Program-made: the position numbers and the translations under genes
Part shown: positions 1 through 10,035 of the stretch, in pieces
How positions within the stretch are numbered: the stretch's first letter is position 1
Layout of the letters: the number at the start of each line of letters is the position of its first letter
The notes under the pieces: generated by a model
The model's input: the letters and a program-made list of their open reading frames with translations, nothing else
Told to the model about the DNA's origin: nothing
Database searches by the model: none
DNA from: an uncultured Alphaproteobacteria bacterium
Lineage (GTDB): Bacteria; Pseudomonadota; Alphaproteobacteria; Rhodobacterales; Rhodobacteraceae
Direction of reading: 5' to 3'
Length of the DNA stretch: 64,000 bases
NCBI GenBank assembly: GCA_902573735.1
Contig: CACGLH010000006.1
Span: 13,282-77,281, forward strand

Positions 1-1002
1 TTGTATGACTTGGGTATTATTATGGATAATTTTGTTTCAGAAAGCTCACTTTACAAGAATGGTAAAGTTCAAGAAGCTATAGATTACCTCTCTAAATTGA
101 ATTTGATATATAAAGGTGTACTTGAGAAACCTAAAGGTAGTGAGAAACTGGATTGGGTAGAGAGAGAACAAGATTTGTTTAAATCTACATTATTTGGAGA
201 TGATATAGATCGACCAATAAAAAAAATTGATGGTAATTGGACATATTTTGCGCCAGATATTGCCTATCATTATGATAAAATTAAAAGGAATTATCATGAA
301 ATCGTAGATATTTTTGGAGCTGACCATAGTGGATATACTGTAAGGATGAAAGCAGTTGTTAAGGCATTATCAAGTGGAAAAAAAGATTTAATAATTAAAC
401 TATGTCAACTGGTCAAATTATATAAAGATGGGATACCAGTGAAAATGTCTAAAAGGGCTGGAACTTATGTAACTCTTAGAGATTTATTAGATGAAGTGGG
501 AAAAGATTCGATTAGGTTTCTTTTTTTAATGCGCAAAAATGATGCTCCATTAGATTTTGATTTTAATAAAGCAATAGAACAAACAAAAGATAATCCTGTT
601 TTTTATGTTCAGTATGCAAATGCTCGAATATACTCAATACTTAAAAGGGCAAGATCATTAGGCATTAATACAGAAAAAGAATTTATAGCTAAAACTGATT
701 TATCTTACTTATCTAGTGAAAATGAGATATTAATTATTAGAAAACTTTCTGAATGGCCTAATATAATTTTTGTTTCTGCTTCCAGATATGAGCCTCATCG
801 TATAGCTTTCTATTTGTATGAACTGGCCCAGCTTTTTCACGGTTTGCAAAGTCTTGGGAAAATAGATCATACCATGAAGTTTTTGATTAAGGATAATATG
901 CAAGTTACCCTAGCAAGAGTTGCATTGATTCAGTCAATTCAAATAGTAATTATTTCAGGATTAAAAATATTAGGTGTTAAACCAGTAGATGAAATGTTGT
1001 AA
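1..1002 (+). CDS. argS: Arginine--tRNA ligase (5'-truncated by window edge)
   Basis: KMSKR motif, GADH, DNPVFYVQYA and C-terminal DALR-type anticodon domain; HIGH region lies upstream of the window. Confidence 0.97.
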   Translation: MYDLGIIMDNFVSESSLYKNGKVQEAIDYLSKLNLIYKGVLEKPKGSEKLDWVEREQDLFKSTLFGDDIDRPIKKIDGNWTYFAPDIAYHYDKIKRNYHEIVDIFGADHSGYTVRMKAVVKALSSGKKDLIIKLCQLVKLYKDGIPVKMSKRAGTYVTLRDLLDEVGKDSIRFLFLMRKNDAPLDFDFNKAIEQTKDNPVFYVQYANARIYSILKRARSLGINTEKEFIAKTDLSYLSSENEILIIRKLSEWPNIIFVSASRYEPHRIAFYLYELAQLFHGLQSLGKIDHTMKFLIKDNMQVTLARVALIQSIQIVIISGLKILGVKPVDEML

Positions 1003-1076
1003 AAATTTTCAATTTATATTAACATATAAAATTAAAATTATAAAAAATTAAGAGCAGTTTAAATATTGAGGTAATT

Positions 1077-1736
1077 TTGGTTGAAGAAGAGTTGCATGCT
1101 AAATCAGGTACAAAAGTAAATATTATAATTAAACTTTTAGGCTTTTGCTTATCTACCACCATAATTTATTTTATGGTTATTTGGACTATTCAATTAAGTA
1201 AAGTAGAGATTGAAGACTTACCAGTAATTTCAGTCTTAAATAAAGATTTCAAGATCCCTGCCGAAGAAAACTCACATGATGGTATTGAAAATTTAGGTTT
1301 ATCAATAAATACACTAAAAGAGGGTAATTCTTTAGAAGATCATAAAGATTATAAACCTCTAAATACAATTGAGCCAGAATTACTCAATAACGAAAAAGCA
1401 GTCTCATCTGATATGAAGGACCAGCTTCAAAACTCTATCAACCTAGCCTTAAAGAGTTTAGAAAAACAAGAAATAATTTCATCTGATAAATCATATTATT
1501 TATATTTAGGATCTTTTGAAAGTCCAGAAAATGCTAATAAAAGGTTAATAGCAGTAAAAAAAATAGATGATCTTAATTTGATAACAAATTTTTCAATTAA
1601 AAAAAATATGACTGAAAATGACATAAATAATTACAGTGTTATATCTAATAACTATTTTTTTTATGAAAAAGCGTTAGATTATTGTGAATTAGTTTCAAAG
1701 CATGATTTAGATTGTAAAATAATATCGGACATATAA
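1077..1736 (+). CDS. SPOR-domain membrane-anchored cell division protein (divergent)
   Basis: One N-terminal TM helix, C-terminal YLYLGSFES...A..C SPOR-like segment; usual position after argS. Confidence 0.7.
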   Translation: MVEEELHAKSGTKVNIIIKLLGFCLSTTIIYFMVIWTIQLSKVEIEDLPVISVLNKDFKIPAEENSHDGIENLGLSINTLKEGNSLEDHKDYKPLNTIEPELLNNEKAVSSDMKDQLQNSINLALKSLEKQEIISSDKSYYLYLGSFESPENANKRLIAVKKIDDLNLITNFSIKKNMTENDINNYSVISNNYFFYEKALDYCELVSKHDLDCKIISDI

Positions 1737-1742
1737 CAATAA

Positions 1743-2507
1743 ATGGTTAATACAAATCCTATTAATAATGAATTTATAGTTGATCTAAAGGGTTTTGATG
1801 GTCCTTTAGAGCTCCTACTTTCTTTAGCTCAAAAACAAAAAGTTGATCTAAGGGAGATATCCATAACAGAATTAGTTGATCAATACTTATTTTTTTTAAA
1901 AACAGCTAGTAAAATTAAAATGGAACTAGCTGCTGAATATTTAATGATGGCTTCCTTTTTGACCTATTTGAAAAGTAGAATTCTTTTACCCAAAGATTTT
2001 TTTGAAGAAGAATTATCCACTTTAGAACTAGAACAAAATCTTGCTTTTAAGTTGAAAAGGTTATCTGAAATCAAAAATTCTACAGAAGAACTTTTTATGA
2101 AACCGAAGTTAGGAGTAGATTTTTTTGAGAGAGGATTTTTTGAAAAAAATAATAAAAAAGTTATTAAAAAGTTAGATTCTTCGTTAATTGAAATCTTACG
2201 TGCTTTTGCAAAAATAAATAGTAAGAAGATTTTCTCACCCTTGAAATTTATAAGAGAATCTATTTTCAAGATCGATGATGCTGTGAATATTTTAATAAAC
2301 TATATCATCAAAAGTAAAAACTGGATTCTTATACAAGACATTATACCTAGGGATTGGAAACATAACAAAAAAAAAATAAGATCAGCTATGGCTACTACTT
2401 TTGCAGCTTCTTTAGAGCTAGCAAAATCAGGAGATTGTTTTTTAGAACAAAAATCCGCATTTACTGATTTAAAAATAAAAGGGAATGATTTAGAGGTTAA
2501 AAAATGA
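1743..2507 (+). CDS. scpA: Segregation and condensation protein A (kleisin)
   Basis: FDGPLELLL..QKVD, AEYLMMA..L.YLKS..LLP, FAASLEL motifs. Confidence 0.95.
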   Translation: MVNTNPINNEFIVDLKGFDGPLELLLSLAQKQKVDLREISITELVDQYLFFLKTASKIKMELAAEYLMMASFLTYLKSRILLPKDFFEEELSTLELEQNLAFKLKRLSEIKNSTEELFMKPKLGVDFFERGFFEKNNKKVIKKLDSSLIEILRAFAKINSKKIFSPLKFIRESIFKIDDAVNILINYIIKSKNWILIQDIIPRDWKHNKKKIRSAMATTFAASLELAKSGDCFLEQKSAFTDLKIKGNDLEVKK

Positions 2508-3115
2508 ATTTTATTCATAAAAATGAAAATGAAAATTTTTCTGATACCAAAACTCATGTATCAGAATTAAATAATGAAACCAATTTTGAAAATGAAAAAA
2601 TTCTTGAAGCTATTATTTTTTCATCTACTGAACCTTTAAGTATAAATTACTTAAAAAAGTCTTGCCCATTTATTGAGGACATAGGGGCATCTCTTAAAAG
2701 TTTAATGGATTTTTATAGTAATCGTGCAGTCAATCTTGTTAAAATTAACAATACTTACGCTTTTAGGACTTCACCATACTACAGTAATCACATAACGCAA
2801 AAAGTTGAAAAAAAAGTCAAGTTATCCAAAGCTGCCAAAGAAACTTTGGCTGTTATTGCGTATCATCAACCTGTCACAAGGACAGAAATAGAAGACATAC
2901 GGGGGGTAAGTTTACATAAAGGCTTAATTGATACTTTATTAGAATCTAAGTGGGTTAGCTTAGGACAAAGACGAAATACTCCAGGAATGCCAGTTACATA
3001 TATAACAACTAATTATTTTCTAGATTATTTTGGATTAAGTAAAGTTAAAGATTTACCTAATTTTAAAGAAATGAAAGAAGCTGGTTTTTTAACTGATTTA
3101 AAAGAAGATATGTGA
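2504..3115 (+). CDS. scpB: Segregation and condensation protein B
   Basis: LEAIIF, LSKAAKETLAVIAYHQPVTRTEIEDIRGV, FLDYFGL; overlaps scpA stop. Confidence 0.96.
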   Translation: MNFIHKNENENFSDTKTHVSELNNETNFENEKILEAIIFSSTEPLSINYLKKSCPFIEDIGASLKSLMDFYSNRAVNLVKINNTYAFRTSPYYSNHITQKVEKKVKLSKAAKETLAVIAYHQPVTRTEIEDIRGVSLHKGLIDTLLESKWVSLGQRRNTPGMPVTYITTNYFLDYFGLSKVKDLPNFKEMKEAGFLTDLKEDM

Positions 3116-3138
3116 AATTTGATAAGAAATAAGTCTTG

Positions 3139-4203
3139 TTAATTTTTAAAATGTTTTGACAATTTCAACCCTTGTCCTTGGTAATTTGATTTTAGTGTTT
3201 TTCCATATAAAATGTCTGGCTTCTCTAACATTTCTTCAAATATCAATTCCCCCATTTTTTGACCGTGCTCCAAAATAAAAGGTGTATCGTGGCATCTAAC
3301 TTCTAAAACTGCTCTTGATTTTTGAGTATTGTCAGTACTATAGCCAAACCCTGGATCAAAAAATCCAGCATAATGAACTCTAAATTCACCTATCATTGGA
3401 ATGTAAGGAGCCATTTCGGCTGCAAAATTAGGTGCAACACTTACATATTCTCTACTACTTAAAATATAAAATGCTCCTGGGTCTAAAATTATTTTTTTAT
3501 TTTTTGACTCAATTTTTTCCCAGAAATCGTCAATACTATAGTAATTAACCTTTCTTAAATCAATTAAGTCTGTATGAGACTTTGCCCGATAACCAATAAA
3601 TAAATTATCATTGTTTTGTAAATTAATAGAAAAAATTTTTGGTTTGGCTATGTCTCTATTAATTAAAACTTGCTCAGTATCCAAAGTTTTATGTAATTTA
3701 AATCTGATTTGATTTAGTTTTATATTTTGTTGAGCTAATACTGAAAAAGAATTTGGTGCAATTTCAGCGTATAATGGACCATTGTAACCTTTAATGACCC
3801 TGTCAAATTCATTACAGTAATCACTAATTAATCTAGTGAACAAATCTAATCTCCCAGTAGAGCTCTTAGCATTTGCGATTCCTTCGATATTTTCTGGTAG
3901 ATCTAAGGTTTCTTGCAGCTTTACCAAATAAACAGAACCTTTTTCTAGAATATAGCCCTTAGATAGATCAATCTCTTGCATTGCAAACTCTGATATACAA
4001 GAACTAACTTTTCTATCGGTACCGGGCAAAAATGAAGCTCTCATTCTCCAGGCTTTTGATCCCAAACGAAGGTCGATACTAGAAGGCTGAATTTGGTCTT
4101 TTTCAAAATTTAAATTTGAAAATATTTGTTTTTTATCCAAAAGTTCTCTTATATTTTGAGAAGGAAGCACTGATTTATAAAATGCATGCTCTTTTGAACA
4201 CAT
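3139..4203 (-). CDS. dcd: dCTP deaminase (alphaproteobacterial two-domain type)
   Basis: QIQPSSIDLRLG, ANAKSSTGRLDLFTR, HYAGFFDPGFG, YQGQGLKLSKHF. Confidence 0.93.
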   Translation of the reverse strand: MCSKEHAFYKSVLPSQNIRELLDKKQIFSNLNFEKDQIQPSSIDLRLGSKAWRMRASFLPGTDRKVSSCISEFAMQEIDLSKGYILEKGSVYLVKLQETLDLPENIEGIANAKSSTGRLDLFTRLISDYCNEFDRVIKGYNGPLYAEIAPNSFSVLAQQNIKLNQIRFKLHKTLDTEQVLINRDIAKPKIFSINLQNNDNLFIGYRAKSHTDLIDLRKVNYYSIDDFWEKIESKNKKIILDPGAFYILSSREYVSVAPNFAAEMAPYIPMIGEFRVHYAGFFDPGFGYSTDNTQKSRAVLEVRCHDTPFILEHGQKMGELIFEEMLEKPDILYGKTLKSNYQGQGLKLSKHFKN

Positions 4204-4221
4204 AATTTTTTCCTAAATAAA

Positions 4222-4298
4222 TGGTCGGGCTAGCGAGATTTGAACTCACGACCTCTCGTCCCCCAGACGAACGCGCTACCAGACTGCGCTATAGCCCG
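4222..4298 (-). tRNA. tRNA-Pro(GGG)
   Basis: Reverse complement CGGGCTATAGCGCAGTCTGGTAGCGCG-TTCGT-CTGGGGG-ACGAG...GTTCAAATC...AGCCCGACCA: 77-nt cloverleaf, anticodon GGG, encoded CCA. Confidence 0.97.
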
Positions 4299-4322
4299 TA
4301 ATAGAATTTATTATATTATATC

Positions 4323-4757
4323 TTAAAAATCATTTGATATTCTACTTTCAATTTTTAATTTCAAAAAATTTAATTCATTTATAACTTCTTCTATTTTATC
4401 TTTATTAAAGTTAGATTTTTGAATATTTATTTTTTCAAGAGATGATGCATTTTTTTGAAAATTTAGGTTATTACCCCTCATACTCTTACCAATGTTAATA
4501 ATATCGTTAATTCCATTTTCTTTTATTAACCTTTTAACTCCACTTATAGTTAATCCATCAATATGCAATAGTTTTTTTATGCCAAATATAAATAATATAT
4601 CATTTGGTCTATAAAATCTTCTCCCTCCTGCTCTTTTCAATGGTTTAATTTGTTTAAACTTACTCTCCCAAAATCTTAAAACATGTGAAGGTAGTGACAA
4701 AATTTCTGATGCCTCTGAAATAGTTCTAAAAGCGTGAGGTGATTTTTCAATTACCAA
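4323..4757 (-). CDS. MerR-family transcriptional regulator
   Basis: [36 protein letters not shown]; conserved gene after ihfA; TTG start. Confidence 0.93.
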   Translation of the reverse strand: MVIEKSPHAFRTISEASEILSLPSHVLRFWESKFKQIKPLKRAGGRRFYRPNDILFIFGIKKLLHIDGLTISGVKRLIKENGINDIINIGKSMRGNNLNFQKNASSLEKINIQKSNFNKDKIEEVINELNFLKLKIESRISNDF

Positions 4758-4771
4758 TTAAATTAACCAAA

Positions 4772-5089
4772 TTATCTTTTTTGGTTCCCTTTATTTATTT
4801 TGTCTTTCATTATTTGCGAAGGTTTAAAAGTTACAACTGTTCTAGCAATAATTGGAGCCTCAATTCCTGTCTTAGGATTTCTACCTATTCGTTCTTTTTT
4901 TTGTCTACAAGAAAACGTTCCAAATGATGATATTTTTACGTTTTCTCCAAGGGATAGAGAATTAGATAAGTGGTCTAGTACGTCATCTACTAATTGCATA
5001 GACTCGTGTCTAGAAAGACCAACCTCTCGAACTAAAGCATCTGAAAGTTCTAGCCTTGTAAGACTGTTATTATTTTTATTATATTCCAT
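4772..5089 (-). CDS. ihfA: Integration host factor alpha subunit
   Basis: LTRLEL..VKISSFGTF..K.ERIGRNPKTG.E.PI..R.VVTFKPS; ATG at 5089. Confidence 0.96.
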   Translation of the reverse strand: MEYNKNNNSLTRLELSDALVREVGLSRHESMQLVDDVLDHLSNSLSLGENVKISSFGTFSCRQKKERIGRNPKTGIEAPIIARTVVTFKPSQIMKDKINKGNQKR

Positions 5090-5190
5090 CAAAAAATAAT
5101 ATTAAAAATACTTACTTAGAGTCAACATATATTGATATTCAAATTATAAATTTTTTAATATTATAGTTTTAGTACAAATTATTAAAAACC

Positions 5191-6231
5191 TTAAAGATTA
5201 TTTATTTGTAAAACTTTATTTTCAAGATTTTTTTGAAAATTATTTTTGGCTAGTTTACTAGCAAGAGTAATGGCTGCACATATACCAATGGCATCTGAAC
5301 TACCATGTGATTTAACAATCGTTCCATTAAGTCCTAAAAAAACTCCACCATTTACTCTTCTTGGATCAATTCTTTTTCTTAGATTTTTTAATGCTTTAAA
5401 AGCAAGAAATGAAGCAATTTTAGCCAGAAATGAGTTTGTAAAAGTTTCTTTGAATAATGTTCTAACTAAAGTAGCAGTACCCTCACCAGTTTTTAAAGCT
5501 ATATTTCCAGTGAAACCATCTGTTACTATTACATCAATTTTAGAAGAAGGTATATCATCTCCTTCTACATATCCAATGAATTTAAAGCCTAAAATTGATG
5601 ACAAATTTTCAATCATGTCAGAAGCCTTCAGTAATTCTGAACTTCCTTTATGGTTTTCTGTACCAACATTTAAAATACCAACCCTTGGTGTTTCTATATT
5701 AAAGCCACTTTTTGCATATGACACACCCATCGCGGTATATTGGCATAAATCATGAGCATCTGCTTTAATATCTGCTCCTGCATCCAATAAAATATTAAAT
5801 CCATTTATATTAGTTGAAGGCCAAAGTACTGCTATAGCAGGTCTGTTTATTCCATTTATTTTTTTTAATTTAACCATGGACATTGCCATTAATGCTCCTG
5901 TATTTCCACAAGATATGGCTACTTCAGCTTCTCCACTAGAAACACATGAAAGAGCATTCCACATTGAACTCTCTTTTCCTTTTCTTAAGGCTTGTGAGGG
6001 TTTTTCACTCATACTCACCACATTACTGGCTTCCACATACTTGAAAGATCCAGAAAGTATTTTGTGTCTACTAAGTAATTTGGGAAGTAAATTTCCCGTT
6101 CCATGGATAATAAAATACAAATAATTATTTTTATTATAAGCACTGATAATTCCTTTGAGAACTTCTTGCTCGCCTAAATCACCACCCATACAGTCTATGG
6201 ATATAACTATTTTATCTTTTATTTTATGCAT
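5191..6231 (-). CDS. plsX: Phosphate acyltransferase PlsX
   Basis: IDCMGGD, SCGNTGALM, RPAIA, DVIVTDGFTGNIALK, KSHG. Confidence 0.97.
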   Translation of the reverse strand: MHKIKDKIVISIDCMGGDLGEQEVLKGIISAYNKNNYLYFIIHGTGNLLPKLLSRHKILSGSFKYVEASNVVSMSEKPSQALRKGKESSMWNALSCVSSGEAEVAISCGNTGALMAMSMVKLKKINGINRPAIAVLWPSTNINGFNILLDAGADIKADAHDLCQYTAMGVSYAKSGFNIETPRVGILNVGTENHKGSSELLKASDMIENLSSILGFKFIGYVEGDDIPSSKIDVIVTDGFTGNIALKTGEGTATLVRTLFKETFTNSFLAKIASFLAFKALKNLRKRIDPRRVNGGVFLGLNGTIVKSHGSSDAIGICAAITLASKLAKNNFQKNLENKVLQINNL

Positions 6232-6263
6232 AATAAAAATGGTATAAGAATCTATCTCACCTT

Positions 6264-6470
6264 TTATGCGGCATCATCATCAATATCAATATCCTCAACT
6301 ATAGGTGTAATCTCTTTATCACCATAGTAACCACACGCTTTACATATGTGATGAGGAATTTTTTGTTCTCCACAATTAGGACATTCCACAACATTAATTG
6401 CCTTTACAGAGTCATGTGATCTGCGCATGCCTCTTTTAGATCTTGTAATTTTACTCTTTGGTACGGCCAT
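6264..6470 (-). CDS. rpmF: 50S ribosomal protein L32
   Basis: [32 protein letters not shown] Zn ribbon; true ATG at 6470 rather than the ORF-track start at 6530. Confidence 0.97.
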   Translation of the reverse strand: MAVPKSKITRSKRGMRRSHDSVKAINVVECPNCGEQKIPHHICKACGYYGDKEITPIVEDIDIDDDAA

Positions 6471-6581
6471 GATAAGTCCTTTTTGATATAATAATTTGTC
6501 AGTACTAATTAAACAAAAAGTTATTTTCAATACAAAAATTTAATTTTAATAAATTTTTTTATAATTTTAAGCTTTCAAATT

Positions 6582-7130
6582 TTAAAATTTTAGTCTTTCA
6601 AGCTCTTGAAATGGATTTAATTCGGTATCTTCTTCGTTACTATAAATTTGCTCCAATTTTACTCCTTCCTTTTTGGGATATTTAGGTATTGCAAGATATA
6701 GTTCTTCACTAATTATATCACCTAAATCGATACATTCTGTCAAAGGATCTATTTCACAGTTAATATCTTCATATTTGATTAATGCATCAATATTTTTAAT
6801 TTGATTAGATGATAAATGCCTTTTAAAAGGTACATATACTTTATATTTTATATCCTCGAGACTAATAATACACTGAAGATTACAGTTCATTGATATTTTG
6901 CCATTAATTTCAAAATCAGTGCCTAATTGAAAAATATTAATTATACAATTAAAAGTTTTAATTGATCTAACTTCTAAAAATCTTTCTAGAAGATTGAGTT
7001 CTCTTTTATTTAAATTTAACTTGATTTGTTTTTTTTTGCTAAAATCAAATTCCGAAAATTTGATAACCCTACTAAATGGAGGGGAAGACCATTTAACTTT
7101 AAAAGAATTATTTTTATTTTTTTTTGTCAT
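6582..7130 (-). CDS. yceD: YceD/DUF177 family protein
   Basis: C..SLE, IDLGDIISEELYLAIP.YP, NPF..L; directly upstream of rpmF. Confidence 0.85.
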   Translation of the reverse strand: MTKKNKNNSFKVKWSSPPFSRVIKFSEFDFSKKKQIKLNLNKRELNLLERFLEVRSIKTFNCIINIFQLGTDFEINGKISMNCNLQCIISLEDIKYKVYVPFKRHLSSNQIKNIDALIKYEDINCEIDPLTECIDLGDIISEELYLAIPKYPKKEGVKLEQIYSNEEDTELNPFQELERLKF

Positions 7131-7192
7131 ATTATATATTCTATAATCAAAAGATTGAATCTTGTTTCGAATTAAGATATTAAATTTTATAA

Positions 7193-7654
7193 ATGGCTTA
7201 TCATTATTTAATACGATTTTGCAAATTTTTTAAAATTTTAATATTATGTTTTTCTACTATTGGATGCAGCAAATTAGTTGTGCAGAATGGAGTTCCAGTT
7301 GACAATGATATATTTCAAAAATTAATAATTGGTAGCTCAACCAAAAATCAAGTAAAAAAAAATCTTGGTGAACCTCTTATGATTGATACTCAGAAAGAAG
7401 AGACTTGGATCTACTTTAGTCAAAAAATTGAAAATATTGCTTTTTTTGCTCCGAAACTTAAAGAAAGATCAGTACTGATGCTGAAATTTAAGCGTAATAA
7501 ACTTATCAGTAAGGAAAGTTTTACTCAAAAAGATTCAAAAATTATTGAGATAAGTACAAATAAAGTAATTTCAGGTGGTAGAAAGCTTACAATTCTTCAG
7601 CAAATTTTTGGAAACATAGGTAACTTTTCATCACAAAACTTTCAGCAAAATTAG
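7193..7654 (+). CDS. bamE: Outer membrane protein assembly factor BamE (OmlA/SmpA lipoprotein)
   Basis: Lipobox IGC, G.STK.QV...LGEP, W.Y, QQIFGNIG; divergent from yceD as in other Alphaproteobacteria. Confidence 0.88.
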   Translation: MAYHYLIRFCKFFKILILCFSTIGCSKLVVQNGVPVDNDIFQKLIIGSSTKNQVKKNLGEPLMIDTQKEETWIYFSQKIENIAFFAPKLKERSVLMLKFKRNKLISKESFTQKDSKIIEISTNKVISGGRKLTILQQIFGNIGNFSSQNFQQN

Positions 7655-7661
7655 AGCTAAA

Positions 7662-8066
7662 TCATTTTTTGCCGTTAAGCGCAGCACCATTAATACAATA
7701 TCTTAGTCCAGTAGGTTCAGGGCCATCTTCAAAAACATGTCCTAAGTGAGCATTACAATTACTGCACTTTACTTCTGTTCTAACCATACCATAGCTCTCA
7801 TCTTTATGCTCGGTAATTGCTTCTGCTGAAAATGGCGACCAAAAACTTGGCCAACCAGATCCACTTTCAAACTTATTTTCTATTTTAAAAAGAATAGAAT
7901 CACAGCAAACACATTCAAAAAGTTTTGTATCTTCTTCAAAACCTTCATGCGAGAATGGCCGTTCTGTAGCGCTCTGTTGGGTCACTCTAAATTGTAGTTC
8001 ACTCAATTTTTTTTTTGTCTTATCTCTTGATATATCATTCATAGCATCTCTAATTTTTATTATCAT
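7662..8066 (-). CDS. msrB: Peptide-methionine (R)-S-oxide reductase
   Basis: TERPF, CxxC pairs, SGSGWPSF, HLGHVFEDGP..TGLRYCING; real start may be the second Met. Confidence 0.96.
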   Translation of the reverse strand: MIIKIRDAMNDISRDKTKKKLSELQFRVTQQSATERPFSHEGFEEDTKLFECVCCDSILFKIENKFESGSGWPSFWSPFSAEAITEHKDESYGMVRTEVKCSNCNAHLGHVFEDGPEPTGLRYCINGAALNGKK

Positions 8067-8724
8067 GTTTTTGTGACCATTTTTTTGGTGAATTCAGGAA
8101 TTCTTCTATCTGGTCAATAGTTTTTAAGTCTATTACAGATTTCTTTTCTTTACAATAATCCAAGATGTCCCACCAACATGCCAAATAAAAAAGATTTATA
8201 CCAGATTTTTGGAGTTTTTTTATGACATCATCGTAAATATTATAGTAAAATAATACAATTGCGTCTTCAACTTTTGCACCGGCTCTTCTAATTGAATCAC
8301 AAAATTTGATTTTACTACCCCCATCGGTTGTTAAATCTTCTATCAAAATTACCTTTTTTCCCCTAATATTATTTCCTTCAATATGCGCATTTACACCAAA
8401 TCCTTTCGGTTTTTTTCGTACATAATGCATTGGTAGTTCTAATTGACATGCTAAAAATGAAGCAAATGGAATTCCAGCAGTTTCACCACCCACTAAGCTT
8501 TCAATTTTATTTAAACCTATTTTTTTTGTGATTATTTCACTGCAAAAATTTATTATAATGCTTCTTGCCTTCGGATAAGAAATAAGTTTTCTGCAATCAA
8601 TATAGACCGGACTTTTTAAACCAGAAGTAAGGGTGAAAGGTTTTATTGAATTAAAATGAACGGCATTAATTTCTAATAGCAATTTTGCTGTAGTTCTTGC
8701 AATATTTTTGTCTATATTAGTCAA
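8050..8724 (-). CDS. pyrE: Orotate phosphoribosyltransferase
   Basis: FTLTSGLKSPVYIDCR, GGETAGIP, RKKPKGFG, PRPP motif LIEDLTTDGGS. Confidence 0.95.
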   Translation of the reverse strand: MTNIDKNIARTTAKLLLEINAVHFNSIKPFTLTSGLKSPVYIDCRKLISYPKARSIIINFCSEIITKKIGLNKIESLVGGETAGIPFASFLACQLELPMHYVRKKPKGFGVNAHIEGNNIRGKKVILIEDLTTDGGSKIKFCDSIRRAGAKVEDAIVLFYYNIYDDVIKKLQKSGINLFYLACWWDILDYCKEKKSVIDLKTIDQIEEFLNSPKKWSQKHDNKN

Positions 8725-8745
8725 GCTCTTTCCTTCTCAAATTTA

Positions 8746-9804
8746 TCAAGGTAGAATATCATTTTCCCAATATAAAGGGTATCCAGGATTAAACAATGTA
8801 ATCATATTTTTACCAATTTTTATTTTTTCTGGATATTTTATAGCTTCTTTAAATTTTCTAAATTTGGTAAGCGAAGAATTTAATGGCAAATTATAAAATT
8901 TTGCTCCATTTATAGAAATAAAGTTTTCAAGATTGTTGATACAGGAATCCTCATCAAAAACTTGTGCTACATACCCTAATGCATTTGGTGATGAAAAAAT
9001 ACCGGCACAACCACAAGAATTTTCTTTATTATGATCAAAATGAGGCGCTGAATCTGTACCCAAAAAAAACTTAGAGTTTCCTGAAGTAGCTGCTGCACGA
9101 ACTGCTATCCGATGTTCTTCTCTTTTGGCAATTGGTCTACAATAAAAGTGGGGTCTCATTCCTCCATCGAAGATGTGATTTCTATTGATTATAAGATGAT
9201 GCGCGGTCACAGTTGCTGCAACATTTTTTTTACTTTCTAATACATAATCAACACTCTCTTTAGTTGTAATATGCTCCAATACAATTTTTAAATTAGGTAT
9301 ATTTTTTCTTATACCTAAAACTGTTTCTTCAAGGAAATATGCTTCTCGGTCGTAAATATCAATTTCAGTGTTTGAAGTTTCTCCATGTATTAATAGTGGA
9401 ATACCAAAATCCGCAATTTTTTCTAATAACTTGTAAATTTTGGATAAATTTTTTATACCCCCTGAAGAATTTGTAGTAACTCCTTTAGGATAAAATTTAA
9501 TAGCTTTTATTATTCCACTCTTAACACCTTCATTTATGTCTTGTACTTTAGTATCTTCACTCAAAAAAAGTGTCATCAAAGGCTCGAAATTATTCCCAGT
9601 TTTAATTAAATATTTAATTTTTTCATAATATCTTTTTGCTTGAGAAAATGTAATTATTGGAATTTCCAGATTTGGCATAATTATGGCTCTCCCATAGCTT
9701 TTATATGAATACGGAAGAACCTTTTCAATGATAGGACTTTCTCTTAAATGTAAATGCCAATCATCTGGAGTTTTTACAATTATAGATTTTATTTCTTCTT
9801 TCAT
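8746..9804 (-). CDS. pyrC: Dihydroorotase (homodimeric type II)
   Basis: PDDWHLHLR, MPNL, K.YP...TTNS, EHITT, FLGTDSAPH, GCAG. Confidence 0.97.
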   Translation of the reverse strand: MKEEIKSIIVKTPDDWHLHLRESPIIEKVLPYSYKSYGRAIIMPNLEIPIITFSQAKRYYEKIKYLIKTGNNFEPLMTLFLSEDTKVQDINEGVKSGIIKAIKFYPKGVTTNSSGGIKNLSKIYKLLEKIADFGIPLLIHGETSNTEIDIYDREAYFLEETVLGIRKNIPNLKIVLEHITTKESVDYVLESKKNVAATVTAHHLIINRNHIFDGGMRPHFYCRPIAKREEHRIAVRAAATSGNSKFFLGTDSAPHFDHNKENSCGCAGIFSSPNALGYVAQVFDEDSCINNLENFISINGAKFYNLPLNSSLTKFRKFKEAIKYPEKIKIGKNMITLFNPGYPLYWENDILP

Positions 9805-10035
9805 TTTTCTTGCTGAGAATGAAACTCTTAGTTCAATTTCATTAATTAAAAAAATTTAATTTTTCTTACCTTCATTACTATATGTTGCACCTTTATTATA
9901 TGTGATCTATAATGAAATTTAAACCATATATAGGATAACAAATATTTATTTTGTTTTTATCAAGTTTCATCAATAAATCTAGGTTAAATTAATTAGCCAT
10001 TTTACTTTTTAAAAGTTAATGCTTAGGAGAAAATA

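Noticed and set aside
4222..4298. tRNA-Pro as an integration site
   Set aside because: dcd starts 18 bp downstream and I see no duplicated 3' end
7662..8066. Selenocysteine recoding in MsrB or other redox genes
   Set aside because: Catalytic positions are ordinary Cys codons; no in-frame TGA interrupts a conserved domain
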